Origin: Botryllus schlosseri
Lineage: Eukaryota
DNA: 64,000 nt
Reading direction: 5' to 3'
Assembly (NCBI GenBank): GCA_051294905.1
Contig: CM119371.1
Span: 35,342,001 to 35,406,000, forward strand
Below, one piece after another: positions 22,310 through 33,683 of the stretch. Numbering within the stretch: the stretch's first letter is position 1; each line of letters starts with the position of its first letter. The notes beneath the pieces were generated by a model that did not search any database, was not told the origin of the DNA, and saw only the letters and a program-made list of their open reading frames with translations. The translations under genes were made by a program, and so were the position numbers.

Positions 22310-23560
22310 CAGTGGTTCTCAACCTTTTTCACCTGGCCGACCGGTAAAATATCAAAAAATGTTTGTTGGACCGGTGAACTTTCAAAATTGAAATGAAGCC
22401 AAAATGCAAAGTATGCAACGTTTTTTGCAATTATGTGGTGCTAGAAAGCGACATTTAGAGGGTTTCGATCATAATTAATTATTCTCATGATGGCATCCAG
22501 GTGATTTCATGATAGTCAGTCTGCTGAGTCGAGGTAAAATTGCCTTTCCAGATAAAAGTACTACCGCCGAGAGTTGTTTACAATTTTTCGAGCCGAAGGG
22601 TGGGTATAACCTACCACGTCAATTCGAATAATATTCTTCTCTTTGAGAATATCAGGAGAAGAAGCGTTTCGGAGTCGAACCAAGCACCTTGTCGCTCTAC
22701 CTTGTTCATTGCTCACTGCCACCAGACGCATAGGCTACACTGGCAACTACGAATACTATGCGTGCCGCAAGAACATACGTTACAGCAACTATATCGACAA
22801 GTCCGGGCCGAAAAAACACTCCGTCAGCCCACATCTATAACGTTGGTCTTGGGCCCACACAGGACGACAAGTCAAACTTCCGGGGGCTTCGCCCCCAGAC
22901 CCTACAGTTGGGTGGTTGTTTTCACCTGTACTTGTGAGCACACTCATTGTACTCAGTGTAAGCAGAGAGTTTATGTAGCTTAATCGCGCCAATAGCGAAA
23001 ACTTTCGATCATTCATGACTGAATCGGGTTTCTCGCTGCTGAATTTTGGCACACCTTTCGGAGTCCCCTGTTAGCCTGTACTTTATTATGTGTTGGTACT
23101 TCGTGGCGCGGTAATGGCTGACGCTGAAATGCCTATATTTATAAATCCTGCGCGTTTATTGGAGAAGGGGACCTAATACGCTCGGTCCATCTCCATTTGG
23201 GCGGTTTGGGGAGCCCAGTTAAGGTCCAGCACAAAATGAATGAATCGAAAACGAATTATCGCGCAAAACTGCGCTATTTAGCAATGAGTCAGCTCGTATC
23301 TGTTCTGTACCTGTCGCTCGCATGTCGTCAGATGACACGTCTTGAACTTTAAGTCAAATCGAACATGTTTCCAGCCCTAATGTTACCTCACGAAGTTCGG
23401 AATTATTTCAAAATTTGATGTTTTATTTATTTTATCAATGGACACGCCTTCACCATTGCATCTTGAAACTAAGGTATAAAATTGTAATATACCTGGTGGA
23501 CCGGCAGGAATTTCGTCGCGGACCGGCACCGGTCCGTGGACCGGTGGTTGAGAACCACTG
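22310..23560 (+). mobile_element. hAT (Charlie-like) non-autonomous element (paralog of 37971-40409)
   Basis: TIR CAGTGGTTCTCAACC / GGTTGAGAACCACTG; degenerate TSD GTATAGAT/CTTTAGAT. Confidence 0.85.
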
Positions 23561-25716
23561 CTTTAGATAGAGTAGGCCTACTACTAGTCTACGACAATGT
23601 AGACTATATTCACTACGTTAGTGGTCATTTTATTTGCGACTTGGCGACGGAGGCTCAGTAAAATCAGACTGCACGGTTGTTGAATGGCTGGTTTCTCGCA
23701 CAGTAGACCATATCAGGGTGTTAGGAGCATGTACGTATAGGCACAGCGACTTAGTTAATACCGATCACTTCATGACTTGAAATTTATTCGAAAATTTTGA
23801 TTTGAGTCACGAGCCAATCCCCATTTTTGAGATTCCGAGTCAAGTCAAGTCACCTGTAAAAGTTTACTCGAGTCACGTCGTAACTCGGGTCATCCCAACA
23901 CTGCGCGACAGTGGGGAAACAAAAATTCACTACCGATAGCTTGGGCCTACATGAGGTCTTACGCCTTAATATCTGCTGAATAATTGTCGATTTTCACATA
24001 ATTACTGAGGTCAATGTCACAAAAAACCGTCCAGTGCTAGAAAAATCATGTTGTTCGTGTACCCCTGTACCAGACTCGAACAACAGAAAAATTTCAGCTA
24101 TTCTAAATTAGATTTGAAATCGAATTACAGTTAACAAGATTTTTTTTCAAATTACAATAGTATTAGAGGCATAGCTGTAACGTTTGTTTCCAAATTAGAT
24201 TAGAATTGGACTTACTGAATTCACGAAACACACATTTTATCTGGCTTTATTGAAGCTCCCATTACCGAAATCCGAGATTGCGTGCTCATGCCTAAACGGT
24301 TCCGTGGCAAGTGCGCCGGCCGCAGCTGGGTCCCCCATTTTTAAATCCGCTAGTGGGCGCTAAAGAGTGTCTGGAATTTGCTTCACGAAAATATGGTAAC
24401 CCTATACTAGACAACCTTACTTGAAGGTCGTATCGCATGTCCGTCGTCAAGCTTCACGATTCCAAATTGGTATTTCTTGGTGTGGCGCATCATTTTACTC
24501 TGCGGTTTGGATTTGTACGGCGGTACTCAGATTGCAAAGATGTTATCATAATAAAATCGAAAGATGAAGTCCCACTCAATTTCTCCAAGCACGAATACAG
24601 TTGAATTACATACAAATTGAATTGATCTTTCGAAAAGACTCTATAGTCTGTGCTTTCCGGAATATCGTAAAGGTATGCCGAACCTCCTCTGTGAATATAC
24701 TAATTAATCTGGATGCCGGCTTGGGGGCCAATTCGCAAACTCAAATCGCATGTTACCGGCCATCAACACATGGTAGTTGAATTACGTGCGCACAGTCGTT
24801 TATTTATTCTTCTACGACCGCATGCCGCCGTACGGTCACAAACTTGCAGGCGTTGATCTACAATGATTACAACGTTGTTTATCGTACTTGAATCGACAGT
24901 CTTCCACCCTTGGCCCGATAAATTTTGCTAGTCCGGATGTACCGTTTTGGTGAATAGCCACTACAAGTAATTATTTTGACAAACTATGCCAAGTACAGAA
25001 ACAAGTTTATTAAAATACTTGAAAATGTGATTTTTGTCGTGCCAGGCGTGAATAAACAATAGGGTAAATTACATTTTCACGATGTGTGTGGAATGTCAGT
25101 CTGCAAGGTTCCGTCAAATAAGGCCGACCTGGAAATACATTGAATTCCCCCAATATTGGTGCTGCAGCCCGCGGCGCCGCCAAAAAGTAGGAAATTGACC
25201 CGCGAGCACATTTGAGTTTGAGATCTTTGATCTACAATGATTACAACGTTGTTGATCGTACTTGAATCGACAGTCTTCAACCTTTGCCCCTATAAATTTT
25301 GCTGCTCCGGATGTACTGTTTCGGTGAATACCCACTACGCCTGTTGTTGTCGAGATTGCTGAGAGAATGCTATCGATATTTATAGTAAATTATGCTGTTG
25401 TTTGACGAAGTGTTACGGCTTGTTGGTATGTAGTCTCTGGACTATGATTTGTGCATTTCATTTTATTCTACTGATATATTTGTTTAATATGTAAGTATAG
25501 CAGCCACGCTGTCTATAATCTTATGGTGCGCTTTGTTTAGATTGCTTCCGATGATATAAGACTGTGCTACACGATCATTTAGCAAAGTTATATGTGCCGA
25601 ATAGATTTGAAAAAAATTAGCATTCCTGACTATTTAAACATGAAGAATTGAACGCATTCAAGCTCGTCGATGCTATATTTCCAGGCAAAAATATTTCATA
25701 TGAACTAAAGAGAAAT

Positions 25717-26748
25717 ATGGACATGCATGTTGGCGTCATCACTCATAAATGTGATATATGTGGAAGAGCATTTCCTCGGAAGAGCGCCCTCAAGCTTCAT
25801 TCGGACATGCATGCTGGCATCAGAAATCATAAATGTGATATATGTGGAAAATCATTTATTCAGAAGGGCTCTCTCAAGACTCATTTGATTAGGCATGCTG
25901 GCGTCATTCATAAATGCGATATATGCGGAGAAACATTCACATGGAAGTGTGCCCTCAAGCGTCATTTGGACATGCATATTGGCATCAAAAATCATAAATG
26001 TGATATATGTGGAAAAGCATTCGTTCAGAAGGGCTCCCTCAAGCTTCATTTGGGCATGCATGCTGGCATCAAAAATCACAAATGTGATATTTGTGGAAAA
26101 TCATTTATCCAGAAGAACAACCTCAAGACTCATTTGGGTAGGCATGCTGGAGTCATTCATAAATGTTATCTATGCGGAAAAGCATTCACATGTAAGCATA
26201 CCCTCAAGCATCATTTGGAAATGCATGCTGGCATCAAAAATCATAAATGTGATATATGTGGAAAAGAGTATACTCAGAAGGGCTCTCTCAAGCTTCATTT
26301 GGGCATGCATGCTGGAATCAAAAATCACAAATGTGATATTTGTGGAAAAGCATTTATCCAGAAGAACACCCTCAGGCGTCATTCGGATAGGCATGCTGGC
26401 GTCAGTCATAAATGTGAAATATGCGGAAAATCATTTACTCAGAAGGGCAACCTCAAGTTTCATTTGGACATGCATGCTGGCCTCAAAAACCAAAAATGTG
26501 ATGTATGTGGAAAGGCATTTACATCGAAGAGTTTTGTCAAGCTTCATTTGCATATGCATGTTGGCATCAAAAATCATAAATGTGGTATTTGTGGCAAAGC
26601 ATTTATCTGCAAGAGCAACCTCAAGCTTCACTTGGAAATGCATGCTGGCGTCAATCATAAATGTGATAAATGTGGGAAAGCATTTAACAGAAAGGGCAAC
26701 CTCGAACGTCATATGGTTGCGTGCCACCGTCGAAAATCAAAAATGTGA
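25717..26748 (+). CDS. Tandem C2H2 zinc-finger protein (gene B), 12 fingers
   Basis: 11 HX3H fingers plus a terminal HX4H finger; first in-frame ATG at 25717 (track start at 25648 is TTG; in-frame TGA at 25627); a possible acceptor TTTCCAG at ~25684 leaves room for an upstream exon. Confidence 0.92.
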   Translation: MDMHVGVITHKCDICGRAFPRKSALKLHSDMHAGIRNHKCDICGKSFIQKGSLKTHLIRHAGVIHKCDICGETFTWKCALKRHLDMHIGIKNHKCDICGKAFVQKGSLKLHLGMHAGIKNHKCDICGKSFIQKNNLKTHLGRHAGVIHKCYLCGKAFTCKHTLKHHLEMHAGIKNHKCDICGKEYTQKGSLKLHLGMHAGIKNHKCDICGKAFIQKNTLRRHSDRHAGVSHKCEICGKSFTQKGNLKFHLDMHAGLKNQKCDVCGKAFTSKSFVKLHLHMHVGIKNHKCGICGKAFICKSNLKLHLEMHAGVNHKCDKCGKAFNRKGNLERHMVACHRRKSKM

Positions 26749-27413
26749 TATTTACTGGGAAGGGAGCCCTCCAGCTTCATATGATTATTCCTCGTTCATA
26801 ATAGTCAATAATCATGAATGTGTATCTTCCTGGACAAGTAATAGTCCAACGCTCCTGTATCCTCTTGTCGTTGAAGTGAAGTGAATTATATATTTAATAT
26901 TATTGGTATAACGTTGGTTTATCAGTTGATGAGCTTTTATTTCTTGCGTTACTTGTTACGGGAGAATACGTCACTCTCCGAGTGCTCGAGTGTCTATCTG
27001 ACTTGCGGTTTGGATTGGCTGTTTTCTGTATCGAAGTCCTTTTATTTCGTCTTGGACAGGGGTGAGCAATTATTTTCCTTCGCTTGCCTAATGAGAAAAA
27101 TAAATACGTTGGCGGGCAGAGTGAAAATTTTTGCTGTATTCTCCAGCGTATTTTAATTTTATTTGACTCCAGTATACGAATACATTGTGCTCTAAATTTT
27201 AAACCCAGACCTTCTTTGCATTTCACTTTTAGGGATGGCATCCTTTATGAGTAGTTGATATGATGAGTCGTATAGTAATCGCAAGCACCGATTGACTGGT
27301 TTTACGAATTGGGATTTGGAAAAATATCGCGTAACAAATTGACACACACGCCTATAATGCGTAATGTGACCATGGCAACAAATAAGGTTTGCACTAAACT
27401 ATATGGAAAGGGT

Positions 27414-27592
27414 TTGTTTTTGGGGTATACATGGTGTTTGTCGACTACTATGGTCATTTACACCAAGCCGATATTCTTCTTATTTTCCGTAGCACTTAGA
27501 TATCGGAATTCGGTAGTCGACCTCGGTCGGACTCGAATCCGCACCCATTGGTCTTGCTGCCGCGAATTATACCACTGCGCTATCTCGCACTC
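27414..27592 (-). mobile_element. tRNA-derived SINE, family 1, internally deleted
   Basis: Head and tail homology; TSD ATATGGAAAGGGT at 27401-27413 and 27593-27605. Confidence 0.85.
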
Positions 27593-28507
27593 ATATGGAA
27601 AGGGTGATTTTTTTTGTGATTTCTATTACTTCTCATACTTTGTCACATTGCCTTTATTTTTAAATCTGGATTACGCATGTCAGGTACGTAGGCAGCACAA
27701 TCGTGTCATAATAATGAACAGGCGTCAAAGTAAACGAATTTCCTGGTCATTTGATAAAGCATATGCTTTTAGTCATTCAAAAAGCAAATTTCATGTTTTG
27801 AATTCCAAGCAACATTTCGTGGGCCGCACAGAATGGCTTCGCGTCCGCATTCGACCCGCGGGCCGCACTTTGCCCAGGTCTGGTCTTGGAAAAATAAAGC
27901 GTGTCACACTGTTGATCTGATACCAAAGCAGCAAGATCTATTCCAGTCAGTGCATCCAAAATGATTCTTGATCCACAATCGGAATTTCAGCAACAACACA
28001 TCAGGTCCCTCAGTCAGAGCAAAACTACACTACCGTGCTCATGATTACAACTGGGATGTGCGAGCCTGCTGATTTAGTAAAGAAAGCAATGATAATTCAT
28101 TAGTCATGAGCATGGTGGCATGTAAGATGTGTGCCTGTCGCGATAGCCATCATTGTAATCGCAACTCGCTAGTAACTTTGTAGCCCCATACACCCTATTT
28201 ACTCGTTCGTGTCGTGCTATCAAGTTGACACAAATATAGCTGACGTTGAGCGTGCAGGGCTTCGCCAGCGCCGAATTGACATTCTCTCACGACTGAAGTC
28301 ACCGGATCATATTGTTTGTACTCTATATTTATCCTGTAGTCTGGATTGGAGTAGAGGATGACGTCGGGGATAATATTTATTGTCCCGGAATCGACTAGGA
28401 GTCTAGCAATTCTGACAGTAACATCACTTCGTCCAGATGTACTAAGTGTTGCAGCAAATTTACCTGAATTAATTAACCTTATTTCACCAGTAGTTTACCA
28501 TCTAATC

Positions 28508-28990
28508 AAGTGGTTCTTAACCGATGTTCGCTAGAGCGCTGGTGTCTCCGCGAGTCAGTATCAGGGTTTCCGCGGATGCTAAGATACCCACTGCCCCACC
28601 CAACCCATACATATGATTTGCGATGATACCCATTTCATGGCCATTATTTTTTGCAACCGATCAGCAGCCGAACTGTTACTGGTGTGGTGGTACGTCCTGT
28701 GCAGTGGAACTCGAAACTAGTATCCTTCTGAAATGCCAGATAAATCTCTAATATTTAAAAGCACAATTGTAATGAGACCTTCGCGCTTTGACCGCAAGAT
28801 ACGATGACCCTTAACAATGTGAAGCCTCACATTTCTGAACTTCCATCTGAATAGCATCATAAGAAGTCACACTGTAATTCAACAAATATTGATCATGTTT
28901 TCGTTTTGTGTTAAAGTTGTATGTTATCGGTTTCCTTCTTTTGACACTCTTTTGATGGCTTCATGCCCAGTTCATTTTTACACACGTATT
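28508..28990 (+). mobile_element. hAT (Charlie/Buster-like) relic with transposase C-terminal remnant
   Basis: TIR-like CAAGTGGTTCTTAACC; DLRAL...VKPHISEL...KKSH resembles the Buster-type C-terminus. Confidence 0.5.
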
Positions 28991-29402
28991 TTATGATAAT
29001 GTAGCGTCTAGTGCAGGTGTGGGCAAGCTTTCCAGCTCGCGGGTCATATTCAACATCTGAATCCATTCGCGGACCGCATTATAGTATCATCGAAATTATA
29101 AGCCAAGACTTCAACTTTCATTTGATTATATAGTAACTATGGAGGCATGGAGATAATCCGTAGATCTAGTTTAAAGCGATTCAAAGATTGATTTGATGAT
29201 AACGCACATGCGTCGGAAATATTACCGAGATTTTATTAGCGGGCCATTTTCTATCAATTCGTCAAAATTAGGGATGGAAGTAGGTTGTGTCCAGTGACGT
29301 GCATCCCTACCCCTCACCCCGCCACCCACCTCACACAGACATACAAAGAGACGTAAGTACCTTATGAATATACACCGAGATGTGAATAACAACAGCAGCA
29401 AG

Positions 29403-30070
29403 AGAAAGCGGGTTGGTGAGACCATTTTCTCCGCAACCGGTTGGCCGTTGCAATTCTACAATATACATAATTCAATTTCTCCGTTAGTAAAATATTGTGG
29501 TATTTTTCGTAATAAAGATCAGCAAAACTAATCACTCACTAAGATCGAACTGAAATGCTTGAAAACATCTTCAGACTGTGAAAAATCAGGGTTAGATTCA
29601 TGATTGGGAAATAGATTCCTTTAAAATAAGATTCGCAAATATGGAAACATTCAAGGTTAGCTGAATGAGTTGGCGACCTGTTTCTTATCCCATTAGCCAT
29701 GTTCACCCGCCGCATATCTCGACCACTCCGCACTGTCTGATCCACATACGCGGAAAGCGGGTTGGCGCGATCATTTTCTCTGCACTCTGGCCGTTGCAAT
29801 TCTACAATACATATTTCAATTTTTTCGTCAGTGGAATAAGTGAAATATTCAGTTATTCAATGCAGATCAGCGAACTATATATGTAACTCACTAAAGTAAA
29901 TGATACGTAAATGCTTGAAACCATCTTCCAGACTGTGGAAATTCAGGGTTAGGTTCATGATAGGGATGCATATTCCTTTGGAATAAATTTAGCAAATGTA
30001 CAAAACTTTCAATGTTAGCTGGATGATTCTTACCGCATTAGCCAGCTTCACACGCTGGCTATCTAGGCCA
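29403..30070. repeat. Diverged tandem duplication of a ~345-bp unit
   Basis: GAAAGCGGGTTGG...TGGCCGTTGCAATTCTACAATA...CAGACTGTG..AA.TCAGGGTTAG at ~29403 and ~29752. Confidence 0.8.
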
Positions 30071-30968
30071 TTCCTCACCATCTCATCCGCGTATAAGCGG
30101 TGTCTCACAAAAGCCTAAAAGTGGGCCGTGCTACCAGTGGTCAGAATAATAACATGGAATATCGACCTGGTGGAAATTACTATTGCAGTCGAAAACACCA
30201 TTAAGGCCAGAATCGACGACGACGCAGGCTACGTAGGTAGCTTCTAGCTATCATTTACCACAATTTAAGGCTTATGGATGGAAAATAGGGTACATAACAG
30301 CTACATCAGTAAGGGAATGTATTTGCTCCGCATCACGCATTGACCATCGCTATATACCAGTGGCCGGAAGCCTATGGCTCGCGAGCCATATATGGCTCTT
30401 TTGGGTATAGGATATGGCTCTGACATATTTTTAATTTTGCACCTAATTTTATCGATATTGCAGCAACTTGTCAGTTTTCTTAACGGCCAGTATACTTATT
30501 CTCGTGGCAGCATCAACACGTATTTGAGAGGTCGAGGCAGTGGCGTATCCGGGGTTAAGGGCTCGGATCCGTAACAAAATCCGCAAATTTAAGTTGCTGT
30601 AGCGGCAGCGACCAATATCCCTCCCGAATCAGATGTACCCGGCATCGCGCGCTCTGTAATCTTTGAGTACACCTTACGTTGGGTGATTAAGAGTAGCCTG
30701 TAGCAGACATGGGGACCCCCATATGACAATCTAGTTTTCAAATACACATTGTCTTCCTGATCTATGCTAAGAAATGAACTGCCTTGGAAGTGACAGTCCA
30801 ATTACAAATCCAAATTACAAACAACGCTTCGCTATCCGCGTCAAAATTGATAAGCAGCTTTCCATTAATGCAGTTAAAATGTAGGCGTGAAGTGCACTGG
30901 CGTAGCAGCATGTGCGGCCGCCCCTGGTTCTCGCTTAAAATGCCGCCCCCATTAAGTAGACCGCAGCT

Positions 30969-31048
30969 AAGAGAGAGGGAGAGAGTGAGAGAGAGATAGA
31001 GAGAGAGATAGAGATAGAGATAGAGAGAGTGAGAGAGAGAGAGAGAGA

Positions 31049-31133
<85 letters not shown>
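30969..31133. repeat. (GA)n microsatellite
   Basis: Direct reading. Confidence 0.97.
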
Positions 31134-31135
<2 letters not shown>

Positions 31136-31299
31136 TCTTATTTTCATCCAACCAAAATACATAACACACGGCAGTGGTGGTGGTCAGAAAATATGCATGC
31201 ACAGAATGATCGATAAGACCGTGAAGGTCATCTAGTCTGATCACACCAGCATCAAACAGGCTCACTTGACTCAAAGAGTTCAGGCTGTAAAAAATGTTA

Positions 31300-31745
31300 C
31301 GGTATTTAAAAAAATAAAATAGAAGAAAAATTAAACGATGGTAGCAAATGATCAATGAAGCAATGTCTGGTCAAGGCTCGGGCAACAGTGCAACAGTGTT
31401 AGTGTAACGACAAGAGGTGATCAAGTAGAGCTTTTTTGAATTTATTATAAGGCAATTCACGGATATGTGGTGGTAATGCATTCCAGATGATAGGTCCCGA
31501 GTAGTCGATAGATCTCTTAGTTAGGTTACTATTGGGTGGGGGTGAGTAGATATTTCCTTTAGACGAGGATCTCGTGTAGTGGGAGTGAATATTTTTAGCA
31601 GGCATGAAAAAGTCATCAAACACAGGATGCAAACTATTGGAAAAATATTTTTGAACGACTTTTGATACTTCGAAGCGATATAGTTTGTCAACTTGCACAA
31701 TTTGGTGCTTACGGTGCTTGTCAATACATAGATTCATGTTCAAAC
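31300..31745 (-). mobile_element. LINE ORF2 3' fragment (second CR1/L2-like family)
   Basis: IHSHYTRSS...RSIDYSGPIIWNALPPHIR...FKKAL. Confidence 0.8.
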
Positions 31746-32960
31746 AATCTTGTCAATAAAAATAATTGCAAGTAATATGCCGCGTCTCAGCCCCACAGTC
31801 TCAACGTTATAATAAGGCCAAAAATATTAAAGGCAAGAAATAGCGAACGAATGTAGAGTGCAAATAGAAAATCAATAGCTGTCCCGAAACTTAACTTTTC
31901 GGGCTTTGCCGATGCAAAATCTGCGATAATATCCTCAAATTCAAGATTTTGAACGTAGTCTCTTTCTATAGACCAGTGGTTCTCAACCGGGGGTCCGCGG
32001 ACCCCTGGTGGTCCACGACGCATTTTCAGGGGGTCTGCGAAGCCTCTGGTCATTGTAAAGTCACTGGTAAGGGTAACCTAATTTACATTATTTTAATTAT
32101 AGGAAAATCATGGGACAGTTTTCGCTTCGCTTCATAATTACTAAAACTTTACGACTCACGTCATTAAACTGGTCGTCTGAGATGAAATATCCGACTGTGC
32201 AAACTCATTTTATTGTCAACTTACCAAAGTCATGGCGATACAATCATATATTGCTGTGTATAAATGTTTTGTTAAGGTTTCTGAAAAATTGAACGTTGGA
32301 TATAACAATTTGGATTTGCAGTTGTCAGTCGCAGCAAATTTGTAAACATTCGTTTGAAATAGAAGTTCCTGAACTTTTTTCCTGATCTGTCCCAATGAGG
32401 GAATTGAAACCGCGCCGCCTCCAAATCCATTTTCTTCTGTGATATAACCACTAAATACCTTCAAGATGAGATGATAGATAAAAATGACTATAGGCTGTGT
32501 GGACATGATATGTTCATTACAAACACACCACCGTATTATTTCGTGTTTTCGGAATTAGCGTGACACTAGCGTTCGTTTAAGACGAGTTTGATTAAATTTT
32601 AGCTCACGGGACGCCAGCTATATGACTACCAAATACGCTGCTTTAGCCGGCTGTGTACACTGTGTTAGCGTCATTTTGCCGCCCCCTTGGAGCCTGCCGC
32701 CCTGGCGCACAGCCAGAACCACCAAGTGGCTGCTGCGCCAATGGTGAAGTGCAACGTTTATGTTACCGCCGAATTTAGAAGTCGATCAATATTTATTTTC
32801 AGAATCAGTGCTATAGTTATATTCGATTAATATCAGTTATTATAAATTCCGAGCAATTTACGACGACTTGCACTATCACAGGATGATTAGTAGCCTACTA
32901 GTTTTTATAGAGAAAATATAGCACCCACGACTAATCCCATGTAGTGAGTTCGAATTAGTA

Positions 32961-33683
32961 CAGGGCTAGCCAACCTTTTTAGCCAAAGGGCCACATTCGA
33001 TTGACGAACTGTTGCGCGGGCCACTAGCCGCGCGAAGCGCGAAATTTTTTTGAAGTTCACAGGTCAATAATATTCTCACCTGACTATATTGCGGGCCTGC
33101 TGTATATCGCTGGGCTCAGTTTGCAAGGACTGGACTATTGGCGTCTGGACATATCGATATCGAAAGTTTCGACCAGGATGCGTCAATCATTTTGTGCCTA
33201 GGTTTCATAGTCGACGGTCTTTCTGCGAGTGCAAACGCAAAGTCGCATATGTTGAACGACACTCTGTCTCGTAATCGCGAATTTAGTTAGATTCAATCTG
33301 ATACATTAGGCGTTCTTTCATTTTCACAAAGGGGCAACAATATTAAAAGCAAGAAATCTAGTGACAACATGTTGCGCGAAACGCGTAGAAAATTTTTACT
33401 TTTGATAAATCTATCACAAATTATTCTGCTTTATTGTAGTGTACGAAGATCTACCAATATGTGACTGGCTCATGGATCTGCCAATGCGTCGGAACTGATA
33501 TTTTAGTCATCACATCTCAAGTGTTGCGGCCAGACTAATCAAATTTTTGGTTGGCCTCACAAGTTCGCAATCTGTGTAATCCATTTTTGATAACATTAGA
33601 AATTTCGGAAATTACCTTGCGGGCCACTCAAAACCTTCTCGCGGGCCACATGTGGCCCGCGGGCCGCGGGTTGGCCGGCCCTG
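32961..33683. mobile_element. Nested hAT MITE
   Basis: TIR CAGGGCTAGCCAACC / GGTTGGCCGGCCCTG; perfect TSD AATTAGTA; empty site at ~22068-22075. Confidence 0.88.

Larger units (their letters stand above)
30895..32743. mobile_element. Nested hAT element with transposase C-terminal remnant
   Basis: TIR CACTGGCGTAGCAGC / GCTGCTGCGCCAATG; perfect TSD GTGAAGTG; minus-strand SIERDYVQNLEFEDIIADFASAK resembles the hAT dimerisation-domain end. Confidence 0.8.

Noticed and set aside
25895..26884. 329-aa alternative-frame ORF, plus similar shifted and antisense ORFs over the finger arrays (2920-3519, 2961-3527, 26431-26727, 63420-63815)
   Set aside because: Expected shadows of a stop-poor 84-bp coding repeat; no independent domain signal
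27309..27920. 203-aa ORF downstream of gene B
   Set aside because: Spans an antisense SINE and a MITE fragment; no domain signal
30762..31355. SL- and ER-rich ORFs
   Set aside because: Translations of the (GA)n microsatellite
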